This document shows positions 25,004 to 36,916 of a stretch of DNA of 64,000 bases, piece after piece. Source of the DNA: Lytechinus pictus (lineage: Eukaryota); assembly GCF_037042905.1 (NCBI RefSeq), contig NC_087252.1, forward strand, positions 27,034,001 through 27,098,000. The letters are read 5' to 3'. A program made the translations under genes and the position numbers. Below the pieces are notes generated by a model. That model searched no databases. It was not told the DNA's origin and saw only the letters and a list, made by a program, of their open reading frames with translations. Position 1 is the first letter of the stretch. Each line of letters starts with the position of its first letter.

Positions 25004-26393
25004 TAGGCCTGCCATGAACATGATGAACAGGTTCTGCCTCAGCACTTTCATTTTGGAATATTTTTCCATTAAATTTAAGAAATGAACTGTATCATCACAT
25101 ATTAAGTCTTTTCAATATTTTTTTGAAATTTCAATTCAATTCATTTTATTCAAGCATTTAAAAATCAATATATACATGAATAAAGAACAAGAACTGAAGT
25201 TGTATCTTTTCTTCAGACTATGACACTCACCCGGGCATTATGGCATTTAATATAATAAGTTCCCAGTCTATTCTCTGCCGTTTTATTTCATCACTGCTGA
25301 ACTCTGGCATCAAGTGACCTCCTTGTACTTCCATTGCCTTTTTACAAAGCGGAATCTGCACAAATAAACCTCAAACCGATACTCTTTCTGCATGTTTTTA
25401 CCAGGGGAGGTGGCTATTTCCAACTCCCTGTTTTTACTGTACACTTTTTCAGTGTTTTTCAGAACTAAGGCAACATTTTACGTCATAACTCGTTACTGTG
25501 TTTTCGATCCAACTTTAATGCAATTTCCAGTGTGTGTTTGTCTTTCAACTCTCTTCAAATCATGTTTGCAGCCTGAGAACCACAACTCTTTTAATCTTGG
25601 AAAACATAAACTAATTCTAGGAGGAACTGTAATCTACTAGCAAAAAATATGAACCTCAGAGTCTGAAGGTGGATACATACATGTAGAAGAACCGAGGCAA
25701 AAATTTACATCACAACTCATTTAATAATCCTTGCGTAACATTAATGCAATTTCCAGAGTGTGTTTGTCTAAATTTCTCTTCAAATCATAGGTGTATAATT
25801 GCAGCCTGAGAACTAAAGCTCTTCAATCTTTGAAAAAAAAAATTGGAGGAGGAACTGTATATAAGCTAAAATATGAACCTCTGAAGGTTGATATAGATTG
25901 GATATTGCAGGTTCTGTACAAGCTTTTTATTAACCGGGCGCCTGACGCAATTTGGCCTGGTTCGAAGGGTTATGCCCGGGCGCCAGAAAAAATCACAAAT
26001 TGGCACCCGGTACACTACGGCAAAAATGCCCAGTTGACCCCGCCGTATTGGACGATAGTTGTAGCATATTTTTTCCGCTATTTTCCTTCATATACACACA
26101 GGCACACACAAAAATCGACACAGCCCAGCTCAGCCTGCCACATATATCGCGACCGCGCAACTAGCTAGCTTAGAACATGCACACCCCAAGAACAATTAGT
26201 TTGGTTCTGTTAAACTTCTCCCAAAGAACTGTAAAATTTCACATTATGTACACCAATGAAATGCTCTATGTCCATATTTCCTTAAAAAATGGTGTAACTC
26301 TGTCATTTGTGAGTAATCAAAAAAGAAATTATCACTCCTTTCTTGGCCCCAAACGATCAGGTTTGAAGTGACGTCTGCATCAACACACACTTA

Positions 26394-27218
26394 GGCTGCG
26401 TTTATGCGACCTCAAGCCAGAATCATGATTAGAATCATGATTTGAATCATGATTCAAAACACAAACATGAATCACAATATCACAGAATCAGCGTTTAGAC
26501 GACCTTCATTCCAATGCTGTTTCTCCTCAGATTCGGGCCAATCCAGTGCGCATCACTAGTGCGCAGTTTGACAGAGGAAGTTTTTCGCACGTGTTTCGGC
26601 TCTCGAAAATTCTTTTGCTTCCATCAGAATTCAGTCTATACCTCATTTTGTTTACTTCTATCATAAAGGGTCCATATGCTTCTATTCATCTTGTTAGTTT
26701 ATCCAAAATGGTGTTCGGAAGTGAATTTCAGCGTAGATCCAATTTGATATTGACACTGTATACTCAACAACAACTGAGATCATTGTCTGTCCAGTTAATT
26801 CATTTACTAGAACTTGAAGTTGAAGACATGACCAAAAAATGAAAAGTAGTGGACGATGCGATGACCAACACAGAACTTGAACATGACAAGAAATGAATTC
26901 ACAGTACATAGTCATGTACATACAATGAGCATATAGAGCGCCTTGAGCTTGGCAAGAGTCAAACCGAAAGTAGCCCGACACAACAGTGAGGTCATATAAT
27001 CATGATTGTAATCACGATATCGTTTATTCGAACATTTTCGTACGTGATTCTGCAGAAACGTCTTTCCAAACGCCCCTTTTTTCGTGTTTCATGTTTGTGA
27101 TTCTAATCATGATTATATTCAATTTCGACTAAACGCAATCGTGATTCTGCAGAATCATGATTTGAATCATGATTCAAATCATGATTCTAGGGTAAAAAAG
27201 TGGCGGATAAACGCACCC
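26394..27218. mobile_element. PIF/Harbinger-like MITE
   Basis: GGCTGCGTTTATGCG / CGGATAAACGCACCC TIRs; TTA TSD; subterminal AATCATGATT palindromic repeats at both ends. Confidence 0.8.
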
Positions 27219-27344
27219 TTAAACACATTGGGGAGTACATTACAGTCTCATATATTCATTTGTGTGTGGGGGTAGGGCTGTGTGCTGATTAAGTTGGTTT
27301 CATACAAAACTAGATCTAGGTATCAGCTTGAGCCAAAATGAAAC

Positions 27345-28120
27345 ATTATTTTTGTTTTTAATTTCCTTTTTCTTTTTTTCCTTCCATCTTCCTTTCTTTC
27401 AATCAATTCTTCCATCAATCCTTTTCTATCTTTCTTTTCTCTCTTTCTTTCTAACTTCCTTTCTTCATCCTTTCAATTTTCTCTTTTTTTCTTTACCCTG
27501 TTGGATCCCTGTAATTCTTTAATGTTTTCTTTCCTAATTTTCCTTGATTCTTTCTTTCACTTTTATTCTTTCCATTTTACTTTCCTTCTTTTCATCTTCT
27601 TTCCCAATTCATTCAATTTTCTTCCTTGTCTGTTTCTCCTTCCTTCATCCATTCTTTCTCATCCCCTAATTCTTCTTTCCATTATTTCTTTCCCCCTTTT
27701 CTCCTTCCATCCTTCCTTTTAATATTTCTTTTCCTTTCCCCTCCTTTTATTTTTTCAATTTTTTTTCTTTCTTTCATTTAATTTTCATGCTTTACTTGCG
27801 GGATTTCCTTCCCTCCTTTCCTTTTTTGTTTCTTTCTTTGCCTGATCTTCATTTATTTTTTTCTTCTTTATTTTTGCTTAAGACTCTTTCCCATTCACTT
27901 TCATTCATCTTCCTTTTTTATTTCCTTGATTCTCATTTATTTCCCCCTCTCATCCCTTCTTCCATCCATCCTTTCTTTTTTATACTCTCATTTTGATTCC
28001 TTCTCTTTCTCTTTCTTTCTACCGTTTTTTCCTTTTTTTTTTTCATTATCACTTTCTTTCTCTCTCCCTTTCTTTTGTTCTATTTTCCTCCTTTCCTTTT
28101 CTATCTCTATTTTCTTTATT
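27345..28120. repeat. Polypyrimidine (CT-rich) low-complexity tract
   Basis: Almost entirely C/T on the + strand. Confidence 0.9.
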
Positions 28121-28325
28121 TTGGTCATGATAGACAAAATTAAAAAACAATTACAAGGTACACCAGTAGTCATCTTTGAAATTGAAAAAACATATAAAAC
28201 ATTCTCCTTCTCCTCCTACTTCTCCTTCTTCTTCTCCTTCTTCATCTTAAAACAGTTCTTAGTTTTGATGCACAGTTGACAGTCTAAAAGCGTCCGAACT
28301 GACTGAATTAAAAAAATAAAAAAAT

Positions 28326-28803
28326 AGGCGGTTTCAAACTGCCTCGATCACAAGAATCCCCGTTAAATTACAAGAACATTTTTAGGCTAAAAAATACCCA
28401 TGAATTATTCATGCATTCACACCGCCCCGAAACATACCCTTCGGGATAAATTCCTGAAGTTAGGAGCATGCGCAGTATGGTCTAATAAGCAGGCAAGGCG
28501 CGAGATTCAACTTACCACTAGCCCAGCAGCCACCCACGGCGCCCGCGCCCAACGACACGCTGGGCTAAAAGTTCCCGTAATTTGCTTTCACATTGCCAAA
28601 ATACCTGCGACCTTGGAAAAATCCCTGCGAAAGTTCTCGTAATTTCGCCAAGTACCTACTATTAAGCGGGTATTTTCTTTCGGGGAAATTACGCATAGTT
28701 TGCTTTCACATTACCAAAATACCTGGTACTTTCTGATCGGGGTAAATTTCCCGATCAGAGAATACCTGGAACTGACGAACTACAAGGCGGTCTGAAACCA
28801 CCT
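28326..28803. mobile_element. MITE (AGGCGGTTTCAAACTGCCT termini)
   Basis: Imperfect TIR with AGGCGGTCTGAAACCACCT; internal TTTGCTTTCACATT repeats. Confidence 0.7.
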
Positions 28804-29532
28804 CCTAAGAGCCACTTGCCTTCAAATGTGGCTCCTGGTCCACGCTGAGTTAATAAAAAGCTTGGTGCCGTATAATCTACATGTACATGTACCAGCAAAA
28901 ATATACCTCTGAAGGTCGATAGGCCTATAGAATGGATATTGCAGGTTCGTTTGAGGACATTAAAACAGTTAAAATGAAATCCATTTCATTTTCACAAAAT
29001 TTTTCAGTTACTTCAGTACCTACATGTACAATGTACATAAATTGATATGGGTTTGTGAGCTTGCAATATTGTTTGTTATCAAGCTTTGAAGTTCACACTT
29101 TTAAATGGTCCCAAGGAATGTGCAATGAAAATAATTTTGTGTTGAGTTAAACCTCTATTACTCAGTCAAAGTCGATGTTAATTTCATCAAACTTTGCAGT
29201 GTAGTTCAGAATCGTATACTTAAGTTGGCAAATCCACTCATATTGCTATTCGTTTGCTCTCTTTGTAAAGAGTAGCTAGCAGCATTGTAAATTTTGAATA
29301 ATGGTGTGAAAGATGACAAAACATGTCTAAAAAATGTGAAATTTCTCAATTTAAGAAGTACATGTACAGTAAATGCTGTACTTTTTTCAAAACCCATGTC
29401 ATTCTCACCAAATTTGCATGGTTGTTCATGTAGCAAAATCTATATTAGAGAGGTGTAAACTTGAAGAAAATGGGGGTTCATGTTTTGCAGCTTTTAAAAA
29501 CACAAAAAACCTGCCAAAGGCTTTATATTTAA

Positions 29533-30190
29533 AGGGATGCTCTGGGCTGAAATATATCTCAATAAAAAGAGTAAAATTCACAGAGCGAAATGAGGAAAAT
29601 TTGATCAAAATCAGATAACAAATAATGAAGTGATGAGGAAGAGGTTCATTGAGTAGAAGAGATTTAAACAGTTGTCTCACGTTTGATACATCGTGAGACA
29701 ACTCTTCTACTCAAATAATGAAGTTATTGAATTTTAAAGATTTGCATTATTCCGTTGAAACAGTCTAGGCATGTCGTCATGAATATTCATTAGGTGGACT
29801 GATGATGTCATATCCCCACTTGCTCTTGTATTTTATTATATGAAATTAGGTTTATTCAAAATTTTCTACCAAGAAAGAAAACAATTGGATTGACAACTGA
29901 TTAGTGCATTTATTTATTGCCGCAACTTATGGAGACACATCATTTACACATGTATGAAAAAAAAATCAAACATTTATGATTTCATGTAATAACATACGGA
30001 AGAAGAAAGTGGGGATGTGACATCAGCCCACCTAATGATATTCATGACAATGTGCATATAACTGTTTTCACAAAATATTTATATACTTTGTTATTCGTTA
30101 TCCGATTTAGAATTATTTTTCTTCAACATTTTGCTTGTGAATATTACTCTATTTATTTAGATATAAATATTTTCTGCCTGGACCATCCCT
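29533..30190. mobile_element. Kolobok-like MITE
   Basis: TTAA|AGGGATGCTCTGGGCTGAAA ... TTTCTGCCTGGACCATCCCT termini; internal inverted ATGTCATATCCCCACTT / AAGTGGGGATGTGACAT. Confidence 0.7.
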
Positions 30191-30526
30191 TCACTAAACT
30201 GAGGGCTAGTTTCTTAGAAGAGTGACCAATTCTTCATGCAAAGTGGTCTTGTTGCTATGGGAATGCTTTCAGTGGGGTCACATATTTTGCAAGAAATTTG
30301 AAACTACAGCGTAGGGATAATAATGAGTATCCTACCAACCATGTACAGGATACATTTAATGTACAAATGGATAGCGCACCCAACCGGGCAAAAATCATTT
30401 CCTGGAGACCGGTTGTGTCCTCACCTACACTTAAACCAGTTTAACAAGGCAAAGTGGTCTTGAAAACCGCATCCCGAAGTGATTTTCAAAACTGGTTTGG
30501 AGTACCACTTCCAAGATCGCTTAACT

Positions 30527-30803
30527 GTGCCCAGTTTTTAAAGACTTGCGATTGATCCAATCAATCACAACTATGGAAAGCCAGAAACGTCAACATCTAT
30601 TTTATGCATGTTAACAAGTTCAAAATATTTTGTCTAACTATGATGTGTATTCATGCATTCATTGTTTTCTTGAAAATTCAATGCCCTTCTCTTTGTTTAA
30701 AAGGACATTGTTCAAATTTCCTGTAGAAAATAGAATGACAATGGTGGATATCCATAGAATTGAGGTTGATCGGATCAATCGTAACTCTTTGTAAGACTGG
30801 GCC
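30527..30803. mobile_element. Harbinger-like MITE (same family as 61735-62449)
   Basis: GATTGATCCAATCAATC / GATCGGATCAATCGTAACTCTTTGTAAGAC..GGGCCC; CTG flanks. Confidence 0.7.
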
Positions 30804-30816
30804 CTGGTTCCACTAT

Positions 30817-31096
30817 GGCCGGTATTCTGAAGTCGGGTTTAACTTAAAATCTGGTTTAAAGTTGTGGTTTAAGTATGGATAGCCAATTGTTACATAAATC
30901 ACCAACAGTAGAGATATAGTATTTCCGCTCATTTGGCTCTCAAATTATTCAGAATTGTCTAGGAAGTATAAATAGATGATTGTCTTCACCATCGATGAGT
31001 CAGGAAAGAGCACAGTTTTACATAAGAAACATACAACATACAACCATAATATTGGCAGAGTTAAACTAAGTTAAACCGGACTACAGAATACGGGCC
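30817..31096. mobile_element. GGCCCGTATTCTGA MITE family, copy 1
   Basis: TIRs GGCCGGTATTCTG / CAGAATACGGGCC; TAT flanks; homologous to 42130-42441 and 56002-56310. Confidence 0.85.
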
Positions 31097-31283
31097 TATG
31101 AGTTTACAGAAACTACAGGTAGATGAGAAAGGGGTCTTTAATTGTCTTACCAGTGCTACATGTACGTAGCTCCCAATATAAATGCAATACAGAAAAGGGT
31201 ATGAGTTTGTAAGTGTTCATTTCTACCATTCAGCCTGATAAACTGAACAACAATATATTTTCATTCTCTCCTTTCCCTTTCAG

Positions 31284-31613
31284 ACAACACAGAGGTAGAC
31301 CTTTATTTGCAGCTGTGGACACAGGTCAATGAGAATATAGTGGAGAGCAGGCACTGAACTGAAGCGCCGAAGCAACGTACCAGGGATGTTTAGACCTTAT
31401 ACATTTGTACTTGTTGAGAAGAAAAACTGCGAGGCATCGTCAATGCAGATATATACGTGCACATGTGTGTGAACTTGAAGGCTTTGACTGAGAATCAAGT
31501 GAAATGCACATGGTGGGTCTAGATGCAGTTTGTTGGTGATCTTATTATTTTAAAGGGCAACTGAACTCGGAACACAGTGGATTTCGTACTATAGGCCAAC
31601 ACACATGATTTAG
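31284..31613 (+). other. Candidate 5'UTR exon of the nuclear receptor gene
   Basis: Strong polypyrimidine acceptor TTCTCTCCTTTCCCTTTCAG| and donor TAG|GTGAGT bracket a non-repetitive 330-nt segment. Splice-signal inference only. Confidence 0.45.
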
Positions 31614-31872
31614 GTGAGTTCGATCTACAGAGCTTTTTAGAAAATTATACTGCACTGTCTACTCGACTAATGAAGAAATTATTTAAAAGTCAGTGCAGGT
31701 GTTTAAATGCAGCCCAAGGAAACGGTAAAAGAAAGAATGATTTGGTGTGTTCAAAGTCCCCTCTACCCCTCTACCCCCCCCCCCCCGATAAAACACACAC
31801 AGACAAAAACACCCAACCAGTTTTAGTGTTTTTGTGACATTTGCCCATTGAACATGTATTCCTATGATGTAG

Positions 31873-32351
31873 CCGTGGGGGGGGGGGGGGTAGGGGGCAC
31901 TCACATTTATTGGTGGTATCGGGACGTGCCGCTTTGATGACCCCCTTTTTTCAGACCTACTTTTCAGTTTTCTAGATACTCCGAATGACAAAAGTTCAGT
32001 TCAGAAGCTGCTCAGTCCCGCTCGCAAGACCCACGTTACGAGGCATCCCAGTTCCCCACCCCCTGCCAAAATTGTCAAGAGTGAGCACCGAATACGAGAG
32101 GATGCACAAACGGCTTTGCAACTCCCTACATATAACTAGTAGCCGCTCCTTGCATGGCTAGCGCATGCACAGCGCTATAGCTACAGTGCCGTGATCCCGT
32201 TCCGTAGACCCTGTTTTTCACACAGTGCGGTATATATTTAGTTCCCAAGACCCCTTACTTCACCCTTTTAGTCAGTTCCTTAGACCCCTATTTCAGAGTT
32301 TCGTGAGGCACAACTCTATCAAAAAATCATTTGAGCGCCCTTCCCCCCCGG
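31873..32351. mobile_element. CCGGGGG-terminus MITE
   Basis: G-run plus GGGCACTCA start; TGAGCGCCC plus C-run-CGG end; repeated GACCCC motifs. Confidence 0.65.
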
Positions 32352-32666
32352 TGACATGTAGATGGTATGCTGCATGATGTTTTCAGTTTGTCCGTCTGTC
32401 CAGTTTTTGTTCGTATCTGAACTGTTTGAGGGAGCAACTTTGAATTTGGCTTTATACAAGGGCTGTTATTAACACGCTATTTCTGATCCGGCAAATTACC
32501 CTGATCTGAACAATCTCGAGATTTCTTATAATGGAGACGCAATTATCGCGCTAGTTCGCAGGATTAATCTCGAGGTTGCAATCCCAAGTCAACGTGGGAC
32601 TATTTGCAAAATAATGCGCTATTTTACGAATTATCCCGCTTATTCTCAGGTGCAGACGCACTCGGG

Positions 32667-34985
32667 GGCATTTTCACCACAGTTGGACACAGAGGCAAAA
32701 AAATCAAATTGATATTCATGTCAAATGCTTTGTTTTTTAATAAAACAAGACCTGAAGTTTCTGAGACAAAATTTTTTTCAGACTCTGGCAGCCATTTTTT
32801 ATTTCAAAATGGCTGCCAAAGTATGGATACAAATTAGTGTTGAAAAAAGTATATTGATACATATTTTGTTTTGACAGATTTTTAAAGAACAGGTTTGATC
32901 ATGATGTATTCGCCTGTGATTTAGCTTGCTATTATAACACTTTTTAAAATCCCACAGAAAGAAACACCAGTAATTCATTCATCTGATAAAAAAACATTGA
33001 TGAAGTATGTGATATGTAATGTCAGTTACTGAAAACATGAACTTTTTTTTCTCATTTCCTGGAAAAGAGGATATATTATATGAAACTTGGTAGATTTCCT
33101 CTCTAGGTAACACCCCTCCCTTCTACACCAAAATTAAAGATTACCAATGAACAATGAAGCCATAGGGTACCATTAAATATATGTAATGTCAGTTACCAAG
33201 TGGAAAATGTAATGTCAGTTACCGAGATGTAATGTCAGTTACCATGATAAAACGTTGGTTTAATACCAATATTGAAATGCAAATATGTGGTCAATTTTAT
33301 GGTGAAGAAATATTGTATACTTGTTATTTAAGTCTTTCACTTTAAAAGTCACACCAGAAGGAGCTTGCTATTGACTTTTAAAAGGTATAGTTCACAAGGA
33401 ATACTTTCTGAAATTATGAAGGAAGTTGCATTCCCATCGTGCAAAAAAAATTACTATGAAATTGTTTTGTACATGAACTTATCAAGTACCTAATTGTTTG
33501 TATCAGACAATTTTTTGTTTGGTTTTCGGGGGGGGGGGGGTAGGGGGTACTTTTCCCAACCTATTGCCTAAATCTGCAACATTTTTTAAGCTTAACATTG
33601 TGATGAAGGGGATTTCCAGGGTCCCTTTTTTAGTTTCTAGGATTCTTTTGAGCATTGCCTCGCTAAAAGTAAATTCCTGGTTTTTATACCTGTTAGTAGT
33701 GTGGATGTGTGATGCAATTTTTTTTTGGTTTACAAGTATAGATGAAAAGTGAAATTTGACAGTTCTGATCAATGTTGCATCTACTAAAACTGTTTTTTTT
33801 TTCTAATTTACAAATAGTTCAGTTTCAGTTTAGAAGCTGGAGTTTATTTTTTGTTGACAGCTTAAAAAAGAAATTAGCAAAGAAAATGATTAAACAAATT
33901 ATGAAGAGAATTGAAATCCGACAGATATGAACAAGCATTGCTTGCACTGACCAGAATAGAAATCAATAAAACTACATGGCTGCATGAGATTCGGGGGAGG
34001 GGTACGTGTAGCCTAGGGGAGGAGACCCTTATTCATTTTGCCTTTTTTTGAGGGGAGGGGGAGGTTGGAGAAGGAAAAGGTTTAAAAAGTCAATATAAAA
34101 CTGATGAATATATTATGGGTGTATAGTCAGAAAAATCCATGTGTACAGTCAATGCAATATTAAATTACTATAGGAAAACATGTAGCAGCTATGACCCCCC
34201 CCCTGAGTAAGTAAAACATACATTTCTTATCTTTTGATAATTAAAAATGTGAAGTATTATGAAACTTTTATGATTTTAAAAAGCCTTACATACATGTATA
34301 CAGTAAGTACCAAGAAAATTATGCCTTTGAAAATTATATAGCACTGGTAAATGTTAATGTGTATTGTCAGTTACCGACAAGTAATTATAAAAATGTTAAA
34401 ATCAAAGAAAGGAATTAAGAAAAAGAAAAAGTTTTTTCATTGAAATGTTCCTAGATACTCGGGTATACTTCCACATCAAGCTCACTTTCATGTGAAGCCC
34501 TGCACAGAAGATACAATGCAATGATTCCACACATTTGACTTCCATGTGTTATCTCTATGGCAAATTAAGTGTAATGTCAGTTACCGTAATGTCAGTTACC
34601 AGCATGGTTGTGGAAAAATTATCATAGCCCCCAAAAGACAAAAACAAATTGTTTAATATTTTGACACATCTTAACCTAGTAACGGAGGTATATTTACATA
34701 TTCAAATTATTACTCTATCTACTCAGGGACATGAGATATTTCAATTTTAATGAACACCCTGAAATTGCATGTCCTTTTGCGTAATGTCAGTTACCGACAC
34801 ATTTTTGCTTGCTGATGCGTAAAAAAATAATGTTACATAAGAAAACTTAGTATCAGAGTATACAGCAAGGTTCACTTTATTAACTCTATCAAAAGCAAAC
34901 TCCCATCATTTGTTGTTTTAGAGATACACACAATGAAAGGTGTGAAAACATTGTGCTGTGTAATGTCAGTTACAGTGAAAATGCC
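32667..34985. mobile_element. 2.3-kb non-autonomous DNA element nested in an older MITE (~32461-35153)
   Basis: TIR GGCATTTTCAC / GTGAAAATGCC; nine internal copies of GTAATGTCAGTTAC; outer element has AATCTCGAGATT repeats on both sides. Confidence 0.7.
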
Positions 34986-35226
34986 CGAGGGATTATTTAT
35001 TCATGGCTTCAGACCATAATGCATCGATGCTCGAGCAAGAATCGCTCTTGCGATGGTGGAGACGGGGTTTCTTAAATCTAGAGATTAATCCAATAGAAGG
35101 CTGATCGGGCTAGAATCTCGAGATTGGGCAAATTTGGGCTGGTGCAGCACCGCCTACAGAGGATGGGCTGATCAATTGGAAGGTCAAAGGTCATGGAAGT
35201 CATTATTTCAAAATCTGTATGATACT

Positions 35227-35777
35227 CCCGGGGGGGCCACTTACATTGACGAGTGGATACCATGCGCGACCCAAAAAACACGTAAAAAGGATGTCTTTTT
35301 CGCGATAGGGCACGTTACGTACGTAACGTGATAAGGGTGTCAAAAACACCAAAATAATGAAAAAAGGCTATCTATTTCGCTAGGAAAAATACGTGTTTAG
35401 GGTCGAATTCGCGGGGATGATAAAACAAAATTAAAATGTTTTATAAAGGATGTCCTTATTGCCCCAACACTTCGTGTTTAGAGTCCGATTTGCGCGAGGT
35501 GTAGAAGGTGGGGTCGTACTAAACCAAATAAGGTAAAGCCGACGACCGAAGGACCCGTAACAATAAAACATTCCTGTACTTGTTTAGGGGTTCATTTCAG
35601 GGAACATTGGCCAAGAGTATTGTTTTGTTACCAATACTTGTTAAGGGTAGGGTTTCACACGCCAATACTTGTTAAGGGGCGCATTTTCAGAATATGGAAA
35701 TTACGTGTTTAGGGTGCTTTTCGAGACCCCATGGTCGCGCATGGTATCCACTCATGAATGGAAGTGGCCCCCCCGGG
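35227..35777. mobile_element. CCCGGGGG-terminus MITE with 8-bp TSD
   Basis: ~44-bp TIRs (CCCGGGGGGGCCACTT..GAGTGGATACCATGCGCGACC); exact TSD ATGATACT (35219-35226, 35778-35785). Confidence 0.9.
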
Positions 35778-36324
35778 ATGATACTGTACTTGACATTGTG
35801 ATCTGGCAATGGTGAAGACATAAATCTTGACCGCATGGAGTCCAGAATCCATCTCCTTTTATATTATTACATTGCACACGCTATCCTCTCTTTCAATTAA
35901 AAAAGATATTTCATCTGGGTTTCATTCTAATGAGGAACAGATGTATAGCTGTTCCAAATGAACGAAGCCTTACATATTACAGCTGTACATTCTGTCGAAC
36001 AAGGGATCCACGACCCAATTAAATTTTCAATGTGCTTTGTCAGAGAAAATTTAGGGTATTTAAACCATGTTTTTGTTGTTCCTGAATAAAAAAAAATGAA
36101 TGCTACAGTACTTGCATTTATGTAACAAATCATGCCCACCATGAATTTAGTTGAATAATGTTGAAGCAATGTTTGGATTTTACAACATTCAGAGCAGTAC
36201 AAATTTGGGTAAATTTTAACTACATGTATGTAATCTATACTAGTAGACAAGACAACTGGATAGAAAGTCTGTCTTGAGGGAAAGGGGTAATATACTCGGG
36301 TAACCCAGACTTAACCTTGTGTAG

Positions 36325-36502
36325 TATGTGTGTGTGTGTGTATTTGAGTTTTGTCAGACGTGTATCAATCAGATATGATTATTTACGTGTGGGACCGACC
36401 GTTAACGTCACCATCCGAAAGACGTGACCAGGGCTCGAACCTCTGCATCAATTTGTAACCTTTCCACAGCTTGGATTACAGGCGCACGCCACAACGCCCA
36501 GT
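36325..36502 (-). mobile_element. SINE-like element with a 7SL (SRP Alu-domain)-like head, B box, Deu/Nin-like core fragment and (CA)n tail
   Basis: Minus strand reads ACTGGGCGTTGTGGCGTGCGCCTGTAATCCAAGCTGTGGA...GGTTCGAGCCC...GTCTTTCGGATGGTGACGTTAACGGTCGGTCCC...(CA)n. Confidence 0.7.
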
Positions 36503-36916
36503 TGTGGACTGTCTATAAATAAAACGTCTGCTAAGATGGAGCTATAACAGTCTCTTGTTTTATGATTAAAAACAGATATGTAGATGGATTTTTTTCTTCT
36601 AAAGCTGCATTTTGACCCCAACCCAGTTTGAGAATGCTTTGCGAGCGTTCCCCGGTGAGCACCCAAAAGTGGTTTCAAATCCACATCAAAAGTGGTCTTA
36701 TTGCAACAGGAACGCTGTCAGAGGGGTGATACATGTCTTGCCTGAAACTTTAAACCGCAGAGTAGATATTTTACACACAGTGTGTGGAGTAGCGAGCACA
36801 AAATATGCAATGATTGCTCCCCAAAGAACTGTTGTTTCTTCACTTACCGGTATACGCTAACACCAGATTAAGTGACCGAAATCAGGGAATGTAACATTTT
36901 TTTTTTAATGCACCTT

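Larger units (their letters stand above)
25919..28864. mobile_element. 2.9-kb non-autonomous element with CAAG termini (P-superfamily-like) hosting nested MITEs
   Basis: 16-bp perfect TIR CAAGCTTTTTATTAAC / GTTAATAAAAAGCTTG; 8-bp flanks GTTCTGTA / GTGCCGTA (6/8 match). Confidence 0.65.

Noticed and set aside
36325..36502. A genuine 7SL/SRP RNA gene or human Alu contamination
   Set aside because: There is no S domain or ~300-nt body; similarity stops after ~40 nt; there is no Alu dimer or poly(A); the sequence is embedded colinearly among non-mammalian repeats.
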